NCBI GenBank assembly: GCA_900088475.1 | Contig: FLMG01001436.1 | Span: 1 to 64,000, forward strand | Direction of reading: 5' to 3' | DNA length: 64,000 nt | DNA from: Hyphochytrium catenoides | Taxonomy: Eukaryota > Protista > Hyphochytriomycota | Part shown: positions 18,201-32,199 of the stretch, piece by piece | How the letters are laid out: each line of letters opens with the position of its first letter | How positions within the stretch are numbered: the stretch's first letter is position 1 | Notes under the pieces: generated by a model | Database searches by the model: none | The model's input: only the letters and a program-made list of their open reading frames with translations | Told to the model about the DNA's origin: nothing | Made by a program: the position numbers and the translations under genes

Positions 18201-21200
18201 GGGCCTCTGACTCCCAAGGCACCGGTCAGAACCTTTAGGGAAAGGTCAAAATTGCCACTTTGTCGACATAATGAGGCGAACATTAGCCAAGAGTCTACAT
18301 CCTCCTGGGGAGAGATGAGGAGGGATCGGACAGCAAGCAACTGTTGCCAGACCTCCACCACCCGCTTGCAGCCAAATAGTCGCTCCTTCCACATCAACAT
18401 CAAATGCTGGCGATATTTAGCGGCTTCCTACGAGCATATGCGGATGAGAGCGGTTGACCATAAGGTTGAGGCGGCACCGACAAAGGGCCACGCCTCGATG
18501 GTTCTCGTCTTATACCCTGCTTGCAAAAGCTAATTTACAAGCTTAATTCCCGCCCCGCCCCCGACGTAGACGTCGGCAATTTAGCCTACTTTTGAAACCC
18601 TTGGGCCGCGTTCGTAGCTGCCTAAACAAATACTGTGTCGAGTTACTGTTGTGCCCCCTGGTATCCTACCTCCAAGGACGCGGGATCCTGCCTCAGCATC
18701 TTGTATGAAAGGATCTCTTCAAGCTCAGCCAGTTGCTGGACAACTACCGAAGCCCCATAAGCTCTATCGTAGCTCTCTCCCACTAGAGCTGTTAGCTTGG
18801 TGTCTAACGCCTTCCTTGTGCAATCAATGTAGTGGCGAGCTTGGGGAAAATCTTCATGGTGAATGGCAAGAATTGCCCTGAACGAAATTCGCCAAGAGAG
18901 AGAAACTTAGAAACGGACATGATCCAACGTAACAGCGGGATACAGTCCCAAAGCCACTAGAACGGCGCACAACAGCGAACGAAACCTCAGTGCGGATGGG
19001 GTAAAAGAGAAGACGGATTGAAGGCTTTCCCTACCGGTAAAACGCTCCGTGCTGCTTGGTGGAATCAGTGGCCGAAACATATTGCTCCAAAGCCGTCCAT
19101 CGACCAAGTGCCCAAGCTGCCCTAGCTGCTAGCAGAGATACTTTCTGCTTTAGGTTGACTTGGACAGGAACTGGCGCTCCTGCATTTACAACGGTAATGG
19201 AGGCCAAGCTAGTCGACGATAGCGACAAAGAAGCGGAGGAAGGAGCGCGGTTCGCACTTCCCAGGCCTGCTAAGGAAGAAGATACAGGACGACCATCATA
19301 TTCCTGTAGCTTTAGCCACACTTCCTGAGAGAGCTCAGCCAACGTCTCCCAGTCTCCACGGGCTTCTAAGCATCTCATCCGACCCAGAGCAACCTACAAG
19401 CCGTCGTTGAGGATGAGGTATTGAGCCAACAGTTCGTCACTTAAAGTTATCGTTGTCTCATGGTACACTTCCGTTGCTACTGAATTCCTACGTCTCCCGT
19501 CCATTTCTTTCGACCGCCCTTTTCTCCAATCCATTGCTTCCTACTGGAGGTTAATCTATGCCTTTTTGTCCACCAGCTACCTTGTTCGCACCTCGATGTT
19601 ATTAGGTTCCTCTTGTTGCTTTTTAGTATAGAGTTCCAAGGCTTCTTGCCAGTTCTGCAACTTCTCATACCAGCTCTCTTTCACCTCTATCACATCAGCA
19701 TGATGCTGCTGGGCGTACTTCAAAATGCCAGCTGCTGCCTCGGGCTGGAATTTTAAGAGTGAGTGAGAATTATGCGACTGACAGAGATAGAGGACGAGAA
19801 ACTTTTAACCTATTTCTAGACCTGAAGAAGACAGTCAAAGTAGTCCTCCCGCTCAGAGCGATAATGTTTAGCCAATAATCACCATCTTCTTCAATGTGCA
19901 TGTTCGCCGTCTCACCTGTCCCAGTTGGTTGTTAATACTAATAAGCGCCTCTATGCAGGTTGCTGGTGAGTTATGAAACTCAAGCTCTTTATAGTGTAAG
20001 GCCTTGGCATAAGCATGGCACTTATCAGCTGCCAACTGTCCCAACTGTCTGATGTCGATGGGAAGGGCCTCCACATCATGTTCCATAAACTCTGGGAAAT
20101 GTGACCATCAAATGTGAGAATCGCACTCAGACGATCAGGGAATACCTTTTTAAACAATACTAAGTCACGCAGCTAGGACAAGGAGGAGCGGTAAGGTAAC
20201 GCCTAATCTATCTGTAAGGGTGCTTAGCTTCTTCACCTTTCGCCATATAACTCTCCGGACGATGCCTGAGAGCCCATGATCTAGCTTCTTACCTGCCAGG
20301 TTAAGTAGAGTTTGCAAAATCTCTGGTGGTATGGAGTCACTTTGAAAAGCTGTCTCTAGTGATCTGACCAGATAGTCCTGGTATTGGTCATATAGTTCCG
20401 TCCAGCAAGAGACAAATGCCGGATTAAATAGTTCCCTTGCCAGCGGGTTGTAGACCTGGAAAAGTGTGAGATAATTTAACGAAGCGAAGAAGAAGGGAGG
20501 ATCGGCCAGAAAGGAAGAGCACATCCACGTCCTTTATTGAAGGTAAGCAGGCTAAAGGTATTGCTACACAGATACCCTACTGGGGCCAGTTCAGCTGACA
20601 GAGGTAGATAATTTTAGGCTAGTCGGTGCAACCAACACCCTACCTGGGCTAGAGGAGAGCAGGATCTAAGCGCCGGGGAGGGAGACTCTCGAAGTAGCTC
20701 CACGCTAAATCTCCTCATCCATTCATTCCAGTCGTCCTTTGTGCTTCTCTGTGCCGCTTCCCAGGACCGACGGAGGTTTTGTTGGTTGACATGCAATTTC
20801 TTACTGGTTGTTAAGGTTACCCCCACGCCAGCCGCTTGAGACGTCATGCGATAGGAAGGACCAGATTAGAGGCGTTAGGGGTATCTTTGCATTTAGCCTG
20901 AAGCGATGAGGGCCAGATTGACGAGAGGATAAGGCCGCTAGTGACAAAGCAGAAGGCTTTCATAGCACACTGGACCAGGGGATCCATTTACGCAGGAAAA
21001 CAAAGGAACCTATTTCGGCGAAAGATGACAAAATTCTAGTGCTTACCTTGGTCTCCCTCTGACGCTAATGCTGCGGAAGACCGATAAGGGACCTGTAACG
21101 TCCTCTCTGGTCCAATATCAGATAACCTTTCACCCGCCTTTAGCTTAGTTATAATTTCCTCGTACTTCTGGTATGTAGTATGGACTCTCGAGCTTTGTGC

Positions 21201-24200
21201 AGTATTAGTGCCAGAGCTCTGAGGGACTCCCAGGCTCTTCAAAATTTTTGCAATTAGAGGGACAAACACTAAAAAGTTGTCTTGCATCCGGAAAGCCAAG
21301 CCACAAAGGACCTCTAGCGACAGAATTTGCACCTCGACGCTCCCTACTTAGAATGCACATGGTCAAGGACACTTTATGATGGAGGGAAAAACTAGAAGCT
21401 TGAACTGGTACCGCTGAGCAAATACTCATCCTACTTTAATGGCACCAACTAATGAGGGAATTTGACGCATCGATAGTAAAGATATAAAGCATTGTGGGAC
21501 TGCCCTGCCCTCCTTTACGTAATTGACGTACCAGCCGCCCCAGTCAAGAGCCTTGTCAGAGGGTGGATAACTCTCGACCCAAAATCCGACATCTTGGTGC
21601 TATAATAGCACATCCGTGTGATGGCGCGCAGCACCGTGACGCGCAGAGAGAAGCTATTGGTGAATATAACAAAATTTAGACCATCTTTAATTGGTTGAGC
21701 AGCGCCCTCGGATGGATGATAGATATAGTCAAGTGAAAATATTGCGGTTATGCTCAACAAGAAAATATTGCCGAAGATAACAGATAAAAGCACCCTCGCA
21801 GAGCACGGAACTTAGAATAGGCAGGAAAAAGGAAGCCTAACCTGCTATCAGGTGCTTCTAGAATGCGAATCAGGGCGGGAACGATGAGGTACAAATATTC
21901 GTCGAGTGCCGTCCCCAGCACGCTTAATGTGTTGAGTGTCTTTGGAGAGGTTGAAAGGGATTGAGATAAGGGACGAGTGGCGGAGGTTATTACCCCTGGA
22001 CAAGAGTGCACTCTTGTTCGGTCTCCCATTTGCTCTATCTTACCTTTAATACGACTGCCTGCCTTCTGCCTTCCAGGAGCTGAGTGTCGGAAGATACGTG
22101 AAGGACATTGAGAAGTAGAGGAAGAAGTTCGGGCACGTGGGTACGAAATTGATCGGGGACGGCTAGGGACATCTCTTCCACAAGTGACAGAATCTGGTCG
22201 AGATTTTGGTCCCAATACTCCTACGTGTAAACGCCAGCGTTAGCTAAGGGCAACTGGATGCAAGACACTGGAGGGAGTGAGGATAGATTCTTCCCTATGT
22301 GCGTATCACCCATGATCGCCTTTAGGAGTAGAATGGGAGTTGTATCCAATAGGAGGGTGACAACAGCTCCGTGAATAGTGGCGAAGGGTACCATACCTTG
22401 ACTAACTCAAATATTTCTGCGTGAAAACTGATCAAATGTTGTTTGACAATTGAAACGAGGATAGCCAGTTGCTGGAAGAGCGATTCGCGTAGCCCTTGCT
22501 CACAAGTCCGCACCACATGGATAAATGGAGGTAGAATCTGGGGAAGGAAAGAGACACACCGAGTGCCAAGCGACTGCCGGAGACACGTGAGGTTATGCAA
22601 AGATATTAGAGAGCATATGGTGAAGAATCGTCAGGATCTGCAAAAGACGGATAGCAAACAAGGACGAGTGCCAAAAGTACAACGTAAACGACTGGCAATC
22701 AGCGAGACGGTTAGAGATGTGGCATTTGACAGTCAATATATTTGCGCTTGATTGCTTTAACTTTGAACCGAATACCTTGAAGATGAACATGACAGCTTGT
22801 ATCGCCATGCTGTGATGCGTAGCTAGTGAGGGGTCCTCCAGGATCCTGACCAAAGCATTTATCGCTACTGTTGGATAGTAGTCTTCGGAGAGAGGAGTGA
22901 GATGAGGAGTGTTAGCGCTCTCTTTGGTGTGCGCTTCGGTAACAGAGAGTGAGTTCTGTTCATCGACCACGGCGGCGGCCGCCGATACGTCTTCAATGAC
23001 AGCAACTTTTTGTCCTGTAATGTAGATCCAATCAAACTGTCAGGGAACATTGAACACAGTATAGAAAGGAGGCCAAAAGCGGGAGTTTTGAGAGAGGAGA
23101 GTAAGGTGATCATGCGTCTAGAATAAGCACAATTAGATTACGAGCGGAATTGAGTATTCAGTTTACGACATACTGAGTTCATGAAGTCTTAAGAGCTTGA
23201 GCTTTACAGAAGCCTTACCGCTTCCTGCGTTCTGTGCGATTTCCCCCGCCGGAGTGACCTTCTGATTCTGGAGCTGGAGCTTGGCAATCTTAAGCTTATA
23301 AGGGTCCAATGCCCCGAGAGTTCCTATCGCTTTTATAGCCTCTCGCCTCAGACTCCATGGGGCTGACCCGCCCCCACTCCCGTGGTGGTGCAATATGTTT
23401 AGCATTATATCCAAGAGATGGGGAAACCTGCGTAATAGAGAACATATCGGAAGGTGAAAGGGGTGGGATACACGGTGGAGAGGAGATAGAGAGGGACAAA
23501 ACTAACTTGACAGGCCAACGTTCCTGCCCATATATGGGAATCCGATCCCACAGGGAGGTTACTAAGTTACCGGGGCAATCGAGTGTGGAGAAGCGAGACA
23601 GCGTCATGATAAGAGATTGGATTCTGGAGTTCTAACCTGAGGTAGGGAGTGATAACACTCCCTGTGCTTCCTACTAGCTGGGCAAGAGTTCTCAGGGCTA
23701 CTTCCCTCTTTCTTACTGAGCTATGGTCCTGTAGGGTCTCAATGATGAGAGGAAGAAGCTTGTCTTCGTGGAGTAGCATCTCCCTCCCTGCTACTTGTGC
23801 TAATTCTCCGACTGAGACAGAGAACAATTCGTGCAGGTAGCCAAGGCGGAAGGTCTTGTCAGCAGGGGCATCGAAGAGGGGGCCTAACTCTGCTGCTATA
23901 CCTGTCGAAAGAACCGCGCAGGCAAGACCAGCATTCCCTTCTTTCAACTTTGGAACTGCGAAAGGATACAAGGTTAGGTGGAGGCCCTCGTCATGCCAAC
24001 CACAGAATAAGTCCATCCAGTTCAGGATAGCCTAAGTGCAGGATCACTGAACACATCACGTTTGAAGACATCGATCGAAGTCCGATATACATGAAGGAAA
24101 TATCTTGTCCTAAAAACGAATTATCACTCATACCAAGAGCATCCAGAATTGGGGTAAGATAAGGGCGGATAAGCCTCCTAGACGCTCTAATGAGATGTCC

Positions 24201-27200
24201 CAATAGACGCGTGCTCTCCTCCTTGTTCCTTGTGTCCGAGCTATAGTTTAGCTCTACTAATAAGTGTATGAGATACTTCCGCAAGGAAGGCATTACATAA
24301 GCTGGATTTTTTGAGGCTAATCGACCGATCACGGTAATAGCAGCTTCCCTGATGCTGAAAACTTCGTCGTTCAGCACTATGAATAATGGCTTCAGATTTT
24401 CTGCCTGGGGACAAGATAGAATTCTTAGCCATAGCACGCTGAAGATAATAAGAACAAGCTGCTAATGAGTGTAATATGAATAGCTTAAGTTGGTTGGGGG
24501 TAAGATAGGGAATTATAGGAGACATAATCTGGGCAGATGGCGGAGATGCCGAAGGTTCTATGCAATAGGCACCTGAGCCATGTAGCTGTCAAACCTCCAA
24601 TGGAGGCACCCAATCACAGTGTGTCTGATGTTGACATCTGGGTCTGAAACACCAACGGTGAGAAGCTTCTGAAGAAGTTGAGATACGATTGCTGAAGTCG
24701 GTCCGCGCCTTCCAAGTCTTTTGCCTTCCTCGGCAGCAGGAAGTAGAAGTTTACTGGCATGAGAAGAACTCTTAGTCTTCCTTGAAGTACTGTAACTTTC
24801 ATGGGACCATAAGAGGGGAATTTACCTGCAAGTAATAGCAGCTTCCCTACGTATCACAGGGTTATCATCATCCAGGAAGCGTGAGACGCAATCCCTTACA
24901 AACGGCAAGAGAGGTATTCCCTCGAAATTGAAGGACCCCAAAGTAATCAAGGCCATTATCTTCCTTTCCGCATCATCAACCGATTTTCCTCCCGTTGACT
25001 GAGAAGTAGACAGGGAGGGGATCGTCGTCGTAGTGATGGAGGGCAGATAGGCTGACCCCACTCTTGGCAACCTTTTGTAGGTGTCAAGCAGTGGGATGCC
25101 ATTGCTCCCCGGTAGAATAAAAGGTGTTCCTCCGGTAAGTATCAGGGAGAGCTTATTGATAAGCCGCTCTTGAATTGGGACTAGGTAGGAAGGAATATTC
25201 TGAGCCAGCTCTGCGAGGGCTTTGATCAGGGTGTCATTTATCTCCACCGCACCAGACATCATCTAAGGAAATCTAGGTTAGATGCAATGGAGCATGGACC
25301 CTGCCCAAACCAAGGATGTAGTGCGAAAGAATGCAGCTTCAATTGGTAGGAGAGAAAGGCACACCTGCTCCAAAATATCGTCCATGTATGGAGAAAGTTG
25401 TTCTCCAACAGCGTGAGAGAGTTTTGCTATGCATGTCATGGCCTCCAGACAGACGGTTCCTTTCCGACTCTTTGGGTTCGGTAGACCATCCTGGCACAAA
25501 GTGACAATAGTCTCCATATCGGGAACAATGTACTTTCCTTCAAAGCGATGGCCACGTAGCAGATACGGACAGATCCGTTCAGTCAAAGTGGCAAATTGGA
25601 TATAGGGAGAAGGATGAGGGAGTCACGACGCAAGAAAGGTCAGAGAAATGTAAGGAACTGACGAGGATATCAAGGTCGCTGTAATCCATGCTGCTAAATG
25701 CACCAAGTTCATAGACTTACCAACAGCCTGCGCCATCTCTCCCAGTGCCTGATAGGCAATGGAGCGACCTTCGTTACTTCCGGAGTGGGTGACAGTCTTT
25801 ACCAGGTGTTTTAGACATTGCTCTAAATACCCTCGGACGAAGGGTTCAGGGCAGAATTGGGCTAGCTTTGGAAAAAGTGTACATACTAGAGCAGACAGTG
25901 AGATCCCCACGAGAAGGAGCTATTGGAGTGTTGCAGGTTCCTACCGGTTCGGCGAATGACCTTGTCTTTGTGGTCTTTATACTTCAAGACAGTATCACAT
26001 ACTTCCTTGAACCGAGGGACCATGAAATCNNNNNNNNNNNNNNNNNNNNNNNNNNNNNNNNNNNNNNNNNGAGGCTCAACTGTGTATGTGAGCGCTACTT
26101 CAAACAGACTCGAGCACTAACTAAGGTTAACATAAGAACATAGGAACACTAGCGACCCTCGGAGTCGCAGCTTAGATGAGGGGTGTAGCAGAGTCTACTA
26201 AAATAAAACGTCATTGCAAGTAAGTGAGGAGCAGTAGTGGCTGCGTGCCGACCTGTATTCTTCAATAGCTCGCTAATCGTTAGGAGGCTTCCGTGAATAG
26301 ATGGTACATCTCCTCTAGAAAAGCCCTTGTGGACCTGCTCATAAATCTTGCAGTACCACTGCACTCTGTGGCGAGTCTGCCGGTCAGCAATGAGGGCTAG
26401 ACAGGCACTTAATGCTTGCGCCCCACTGGTTCTTATGTCGATGTTTGAGTCTCTAAGGACAGTCCAGATGTGCTCAAAGAATGTGGAAACGTTTACATAA
26501 AATAACGTTGGTGCATTCTCGGCAAGCTCTTTGAGAACCTGCTCGGTAAGACACCACAAAGAGCGACCGAAATATAAGCGACACACAATCAAAGAGGCTT
26601 ATCGCTGCGAAGCACCCGGCATTGTTTGCTTTACGAAGAATGTCACGAGACAGCAATATCTAGAGGTGCCGCACAAGTGCTGCCTGGGCGTGGTGAAGAT
26701 AACGAATTCCTTACCAAGCATGCTGCCAGCCTTCTTTGGGTCTGTTGCTCGAAGCGCTCTCCTTGCAGCCATTCCAGAGCTCGTTTGACCTCGAAATCCA
26801 CAAAGTCAGCAGTTAGGGTCCCTCCAGCTCGAGCAAGATGTCCCAAAGCCTTTGCAGCCATCACAAGAGCAGGAGTAGCTGTGGCAGGCTGCGCAAAGAA
26901 GATCCGCAGATAGTTGGCGAATCGGATTATTTTGGTCTCATTTTCGTCTGAGGACACGTCGATCAACTCATCGATCGCTTCTATGCCTCCCAATTTCTCA
27001 TGAGTCTCATGGCTCTGTACTAGCTCATTCAAGCGGGGTGTCACATCATTCATAAGCTTTGTGAATGTTTCCGCCGAAAGCTCTCGAGACTCGCTCTCAA
27101 CGAATTCCCTGAGCTCCTTAGCGGCTTTGGACCGAGTGACCTTATCCCGGCTACGAAGGCCCAATAGCAGAGGTCCAAGGACTTGCTCTACCGAGTCCTT

Positions 27201-27221
27201 ACTATCTGAGACCACCGACAT
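12295..27221 (-). CDS. TOR: Target of rapamycin kinase (HEAT-FAT-FRB-PIKK-FATC), about 44 exons
   Basis: N-terminal HEAT repeats ([22 protein letters not shown]), FAT domain ([15 protein letters not shown]), FRB ([21 protein letters not shown] ... [12 protein letters not shown]), kinase domain ([46 protein letters not shown]) and FATC ending LCQCFTGW|CPFW*. ATG at 27221, TAG at 12295-12297. Confidence 0.98.
12366..12396. other. Assembly gap (N run) in the last TOR intron
   Basis: Run of N. Confidence 1.
26030..26070. other. Assembly gap (N run) hiding a TOR splice acceptor
   Basis: Run of N directly before the exon [12 protein letters not shown]. Confidence 1.
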
Positions 27222-28233
27222 GGTCCTTGTCTTAACAGCCTGTGTGTGGAACACGGAGCACTGGCATCAAAAGGCCCAGTGGCAAAGGGCGCACCAAGTC
27301 ACGTCTACCCCATGGCTGTGTGGGGTGTATGCATGCTTCTACGGCCGACCAGTTCGGGACATCTTTCCGGTTTCTGCGAAGTGGATGCTTTGGTGAAGGT
27401 CAGCGAGAGGAAAGAAAGCGCAGAACGATCCTGCCTTGACCAAGCTTGAGTTCTATCAGTTCGTATGACGATCATCAGTCCAAGAGGAGAACGATGATGC
27501 GACACTACTCTACTAGTTCTACTGACACACAGAAACATCATCAACACATCAATTCAATCAGACAATCAGAGAATGGGCAGCTCAGCTACCAATCACAATA
27601 CTTATTTTCCCAGATCAGCCTGCAGATAACTTTTCAAATGGTTTTACATTAGTAGTTTTTCTCCAGGTACAAAGCTTCAAAGCTTGTAACGCTCTTGAGA
27701 CGAGAAGCACCAGTTCTACTGCTAAATAATAAGAGAAGGTCGCCCGCTGAAGCTCATGTGAAAATCTATGCTGCACAGCTCGTTTCATAAGGCATCAAAC
27801 GAACCAATAACTTGTAACTTTTTCTGCTAATCATTTATCATCTTCACAAGTAGGTAGGAAGGGGAGGAATGACGCAGTCGTTGTCTTTAGAATATGTTCG
27901 CAAGACGCAACGATAGTAGATAGCAGCACCTTGAACACTCTTCTCCATTATTATTAGTCGCAAGTTCCTTCTTATAGGGCACCTCATAGATGATGGTGGA
28001 GCTAGCCAATGAACCGAACAAGGGTAATAATAATTCTCTCTCTAAACAAAACTTGCGTTGCGACTACTTAACAGGGGTCTGGACACAGGTCTGGACTAAT
28101 CCATCTTTTTGTGAGGTAAGCCTTCATTAGCATTAGTTCTCCCAATAAGTCCTCTGCCACTGAGGTGGGCTAGTCTAACCACGCTTCTACTATGTCCGGG
28201 GCCGCACGAAAGGCTGGAACCTTCCAATCTCTC

Positions 28234-28266
28234 ACTACTACTATACTACTACTACTATACTACTAC
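28234..28266. repeat. Imperfect (CTA)n microsatellite
   Basis: ACTACTACTATACTACTACTACTATACTACTAC. Confidence 0.9.
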
Positions 28267-28361
28267 AAGTTCTCCGACCAGATGGAGGTAAGGAGAGTCA
28301 CGTCCTGTATAAATAATAGGGTCGCAAATATCTATTAATGGCCACACGCCGCCGCTTTCAC

Positions 28362-29079
28362 CTAGACTGCCATGACTTCCAAGCTTCGCTTGAGACTGCC
28401 CTTTCCTCCCGACGGCGATCCAATCCTACGGGACAGACTTTCCTTTTCACCAGCAAGCTTGACTCTTAACTTCTCGTTTCCAGATGTGGTAAAAGACGGT
28501 GGTGCAGACGACGGCTGCCATCTGCTCTTCTTGTCCGGCTGCCTCTTCGGGTGCATGGAGAGCATTCTTGATGGCGAGGGTCTTGAAATCCGAGTCTTTG
28601 GCGATCCAGGCTCAAGCCAAAGGTCGAGCCCATCAAAAGGTTTGCCATCGATCGGCAAGCCTATGGGCTCAACAATCTCTGCTCCTGCAGAGAGAGTGGC
28701 CGTCGCGGGGGCACCCCATGCACCATCGGGACACAAAGCCCTCAGATCACTACATTTGTATGAACGCTTCATTTGACAGGTTTGTGGCTGGGTGAGGGAC
28801 CGGTTCACTCCGAGATCCGGCTTGATCGTAGAAGAACTTGTAGTTGGCCTTTTGCACGCAGCCGCGAGTTGTTATTCTTGAGGTACAGACCACTGCTGAT
28901 AGCTCACAAGGCTCCTACCGGTATCCTGGCAAGAAATTTGGAGGACTGTGATGAGCCTTGTTGTCAAACGGTTCTTGAGAACGCAGATCCACGCCCTTCA
29001 AAGTTGTCAATGAATTTCTGTCCACGCCTTTCAGAGTGGTCAATGAAGCTCGCTTCGAGCTGTTTTCTATGCTAAGCAT
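28362..29079 (-). CDS. Hypothetical Ser/Pro/basic-rich disordered protein of about 215 aa, putative two-exon model
   Basis: ORF MLSIENSSKRASLTTLKGVDRNSLTTLKGVD... can be joined in phase to the 28362-28848 ORF by a ~70-nt GTAGGAG...AAAAG intron. No domain recognised. Confidence 0.4.
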
Positions 29080-32000
29080 CTCCAGGCCGAAATTTCTTGG
29101 AGACTTAAGTTGGCGATGATTTCTCTCGTTCGGAAGAATGTGAACTAAAAGGAGATTATTATGAGACACGAAGGTGTCCTGATGGTGTGGGTAAAGCCTA
29201 CATAACCCTCGTAGTAAGCAGACAGACACGACGTCTCCTATTACATCGTCCCAGAAATGAACCTTGGGCAGCGATGATGGCTAAGGAACAACAGGTCCAG
29301 CCAAAATGTCCAAAGCGTTTCCTGCTTCATGGTTCCATTTTTTGCCAAAGGAAAGTCCTTTAGGAAGATTGCATCAAGTGCATCCCGTCCTCCTTCCCCC
29401 ACATGCACTTGAACATTCGCATGATGATGGCTGATTGCACAAGCTCATGTTGGTGGAGCATCTCAGAAACAGATGGACACATGCAGAGCAGGAGAGCAGG
29501 AAACAATAAGACAGAGGAGCTATACTCACACAAAAGGTACTGATTGGGGGATGAGAGATGAGAAAAGAGATGAGATGTGAGACAGAAGCTAGGCAGGAAG
29601 CCTTCTGCTTGTGCTGGAGAAAGGATAAGAAAGCCAAAGAAAGATTGAGCAATGGGCCCCCACACGGCCAAATTTCTGTGCCCCGTTCCCCAACGTGTCC
29701 CCGAACGGGTAGTTGCATAAGAGAAACAGCAAGGTTGCTCTTTTGGTCCTCTGCTCTTGGCAGTTACCAAATCAGGCTGGGTGGGTGCAATCTACCCATG
29801 TATTTTTAGCTTTCCCCCATCAGGCTTTCCCTTTCCTTTCATAGTGAAAATAAGGATGTTGAAGCTTTCACTTATACAGAAGCAGCTTCGTTTATTCCTT
29901 TATTCCCTTGAAATGGTTCAGGAGTGTGAACTATTCATGCCCAGAACCACTCCAATTCTGTTGCCCAAGCAAGCCTTGCTTGAGGCAGTACCAGAGCCCC
30001 TCCTGGAGCTGCGGAGGGCTGAACAATGAACAGTCATCAGTGATCAAGAACAACCAGGCAGCGGGGGAACCAGCAGGCAATCAAGGACCCTCTTCTGGAA
30101 GGGATTGGTCTGTTTATACACAAATAGTCCCATCTTTTATTTTAGGACTCGGTAGTAATCAGCACGCCAAAGCTATCAGTTTCTTCTTTCTTATTCGGGT
30201 CTATCGCAGCTCTAAACGACATTCTTCTGTAATGCCAATCTTGAAGAAACTAACCTTATTTTTCGTCTACAATAGTAGACGCAAAAGACTGGACACTGCT
30301 GCTGTTGCGTATAATCAGCGAAAGAGGAAGGCGGCAGACCACCGCTCACCACCACCCGCCGCCGTCATCACGTTAGAGAAATAACAGTCCGCCAAAAACC
30401 ACGTGCAGACCACAATATTTCCCTTTCCAACAGAAAAAGCCCAACAACAAGAAGAAGCCGAAGAAGACGATAAGGCCTTACTACCAGCCTTTTTGTTATT
30501 TTCTCTCTTATGCAGTGGTCTGGATGTTTTTGGTTAAAGGGACACATAGGTCTTGGTTATGATCGCTGACCAGGGTGGTCTTCTTGAGCATTATTGTTGG
30601 TGCCAACTAATAATAGTGTCGCAATAATGACGACAATAACTCTTGTCCCTTACAAGACGAAGTAAGGGTCGGGAGGTAAGGGAGGAAAGGGGGGGGCCGC
30701 CGCAGGGCGCAGCAAATTGCTCTATGATGATGTACTTCAATACATCCACTTATAGCAGACCCCATTACAGATCTCATTACGCGGTCCAGAAACGATTGCT
30801 CCTGCTATTCTTCTATTCACTAAATGCTGCTTAGAACGACTTCTCCTTCCCTGTCCATGATAGACTTCGTCGTCAGTTCAGATGCTATTCCGTCTTTGTG
30901 TTACTACCTTTTCTACATCGACTGTATGATTTGATATATCTCTTCTTCATAGAGCAGCAATAATTAACCGCTCAAAGCTGATAGGGGAGAACAAGTGCGA
31001 CAACGGATAGAGGCTTTCTTTCGGTGGAGGTCACTTTATTTACTAATAGGCTACTGTTGTTACCAATAATAAGGAGAATAAGGAAATAATCTTTTTTTTT
31101 ATTGATGGCTGTATGGGTAGTGAGGCCTCCAGTGAGGTTACATTGACACCGCCCCCCTTGGGAAGCCCTGCCCCTTGTTGCCTGCCACTATCCCTGCTTA
31201 AAGCGAGGCAGTGGAGCTGGGGTTGGATCATCATGCCCTAAGCTAGGCTCTCTGCGGTGCGCTGGCGTAAGGAACTAATCATATAATAAGTAACCTGATG
31301 AGGAGGAGGAGGAGGAGCAGGCTCAGAAGAAGTAAAAAGGAAGGAGCGCTACTATAACAATATACCCTTTGGCTTATATATTATGGTGGAGACGTTAGAT
31401 GTATATTAGCTATGGCACACTCGCGATGACATGAAAGCATATGCTAACCTACAATGGCGATATCGGGCATCTTTTTGTTGCTATTCAGGACAGTGCAGCG
31501 CAGGGCCGGGCCAGGCAGCATGATGAAGGAGGAGGAGGAAGGAGAAGAAGAAGAGATAATAGAGAGAGCATTTGAGGTGGGAACATGAAGTTTGTCGTTG
31601 TTGTCCTGCCAACGTCTATCCTAACTCTCTCTAAGCCTGCCGGTACCGGCTAGTTTCCGCCGTTATTGTCGCTCTTGAAGTGCGGGAAGCTCCTGGGGGG
31701 TGCTTGTCAGTGTCATGGATTATGGGATTCGCACGGCAGCACCTTGTGCTCTGGCTCTTTCCCTTCCTCTCTGCTTGCACCCTCCTCTTGCACTACTTTC
31801 CCACACTTTCTGCCGCTGCTGCTGCTTGTTTTTTAGAGTCTCCTCGACCTCTGCGCAGGAGCGGCATAGAGGAGATGCAGCACCTAAAGGTGTTGCCCTC
31901 AACATTCATTGAGAGACACCTATGTTGTTCCTCCCAGTTGTTGATAATCTCATCCGGATTGTGAGTTTGGTCCGTCTTCTTCCATGCTCTGAGGGCAAGT

Positions 32001-32199
32001 AGACTTGCGCCTTCGGGGACTGTGGGATTTATCTGCCTGCTTCTCTTGGACCTACACCCGCCTCGCAGCAATATCTTGAAGAGTCAGCTGCTCGCAGGAT
32101 TTGAACGAGAGATGTCGGCTACGGCTCTAGCTCTGATATATGGACTCTGATCTGCAATCAATTCACCTGCATTTGCTCTGCTAAGGAGAGACTAGCACC

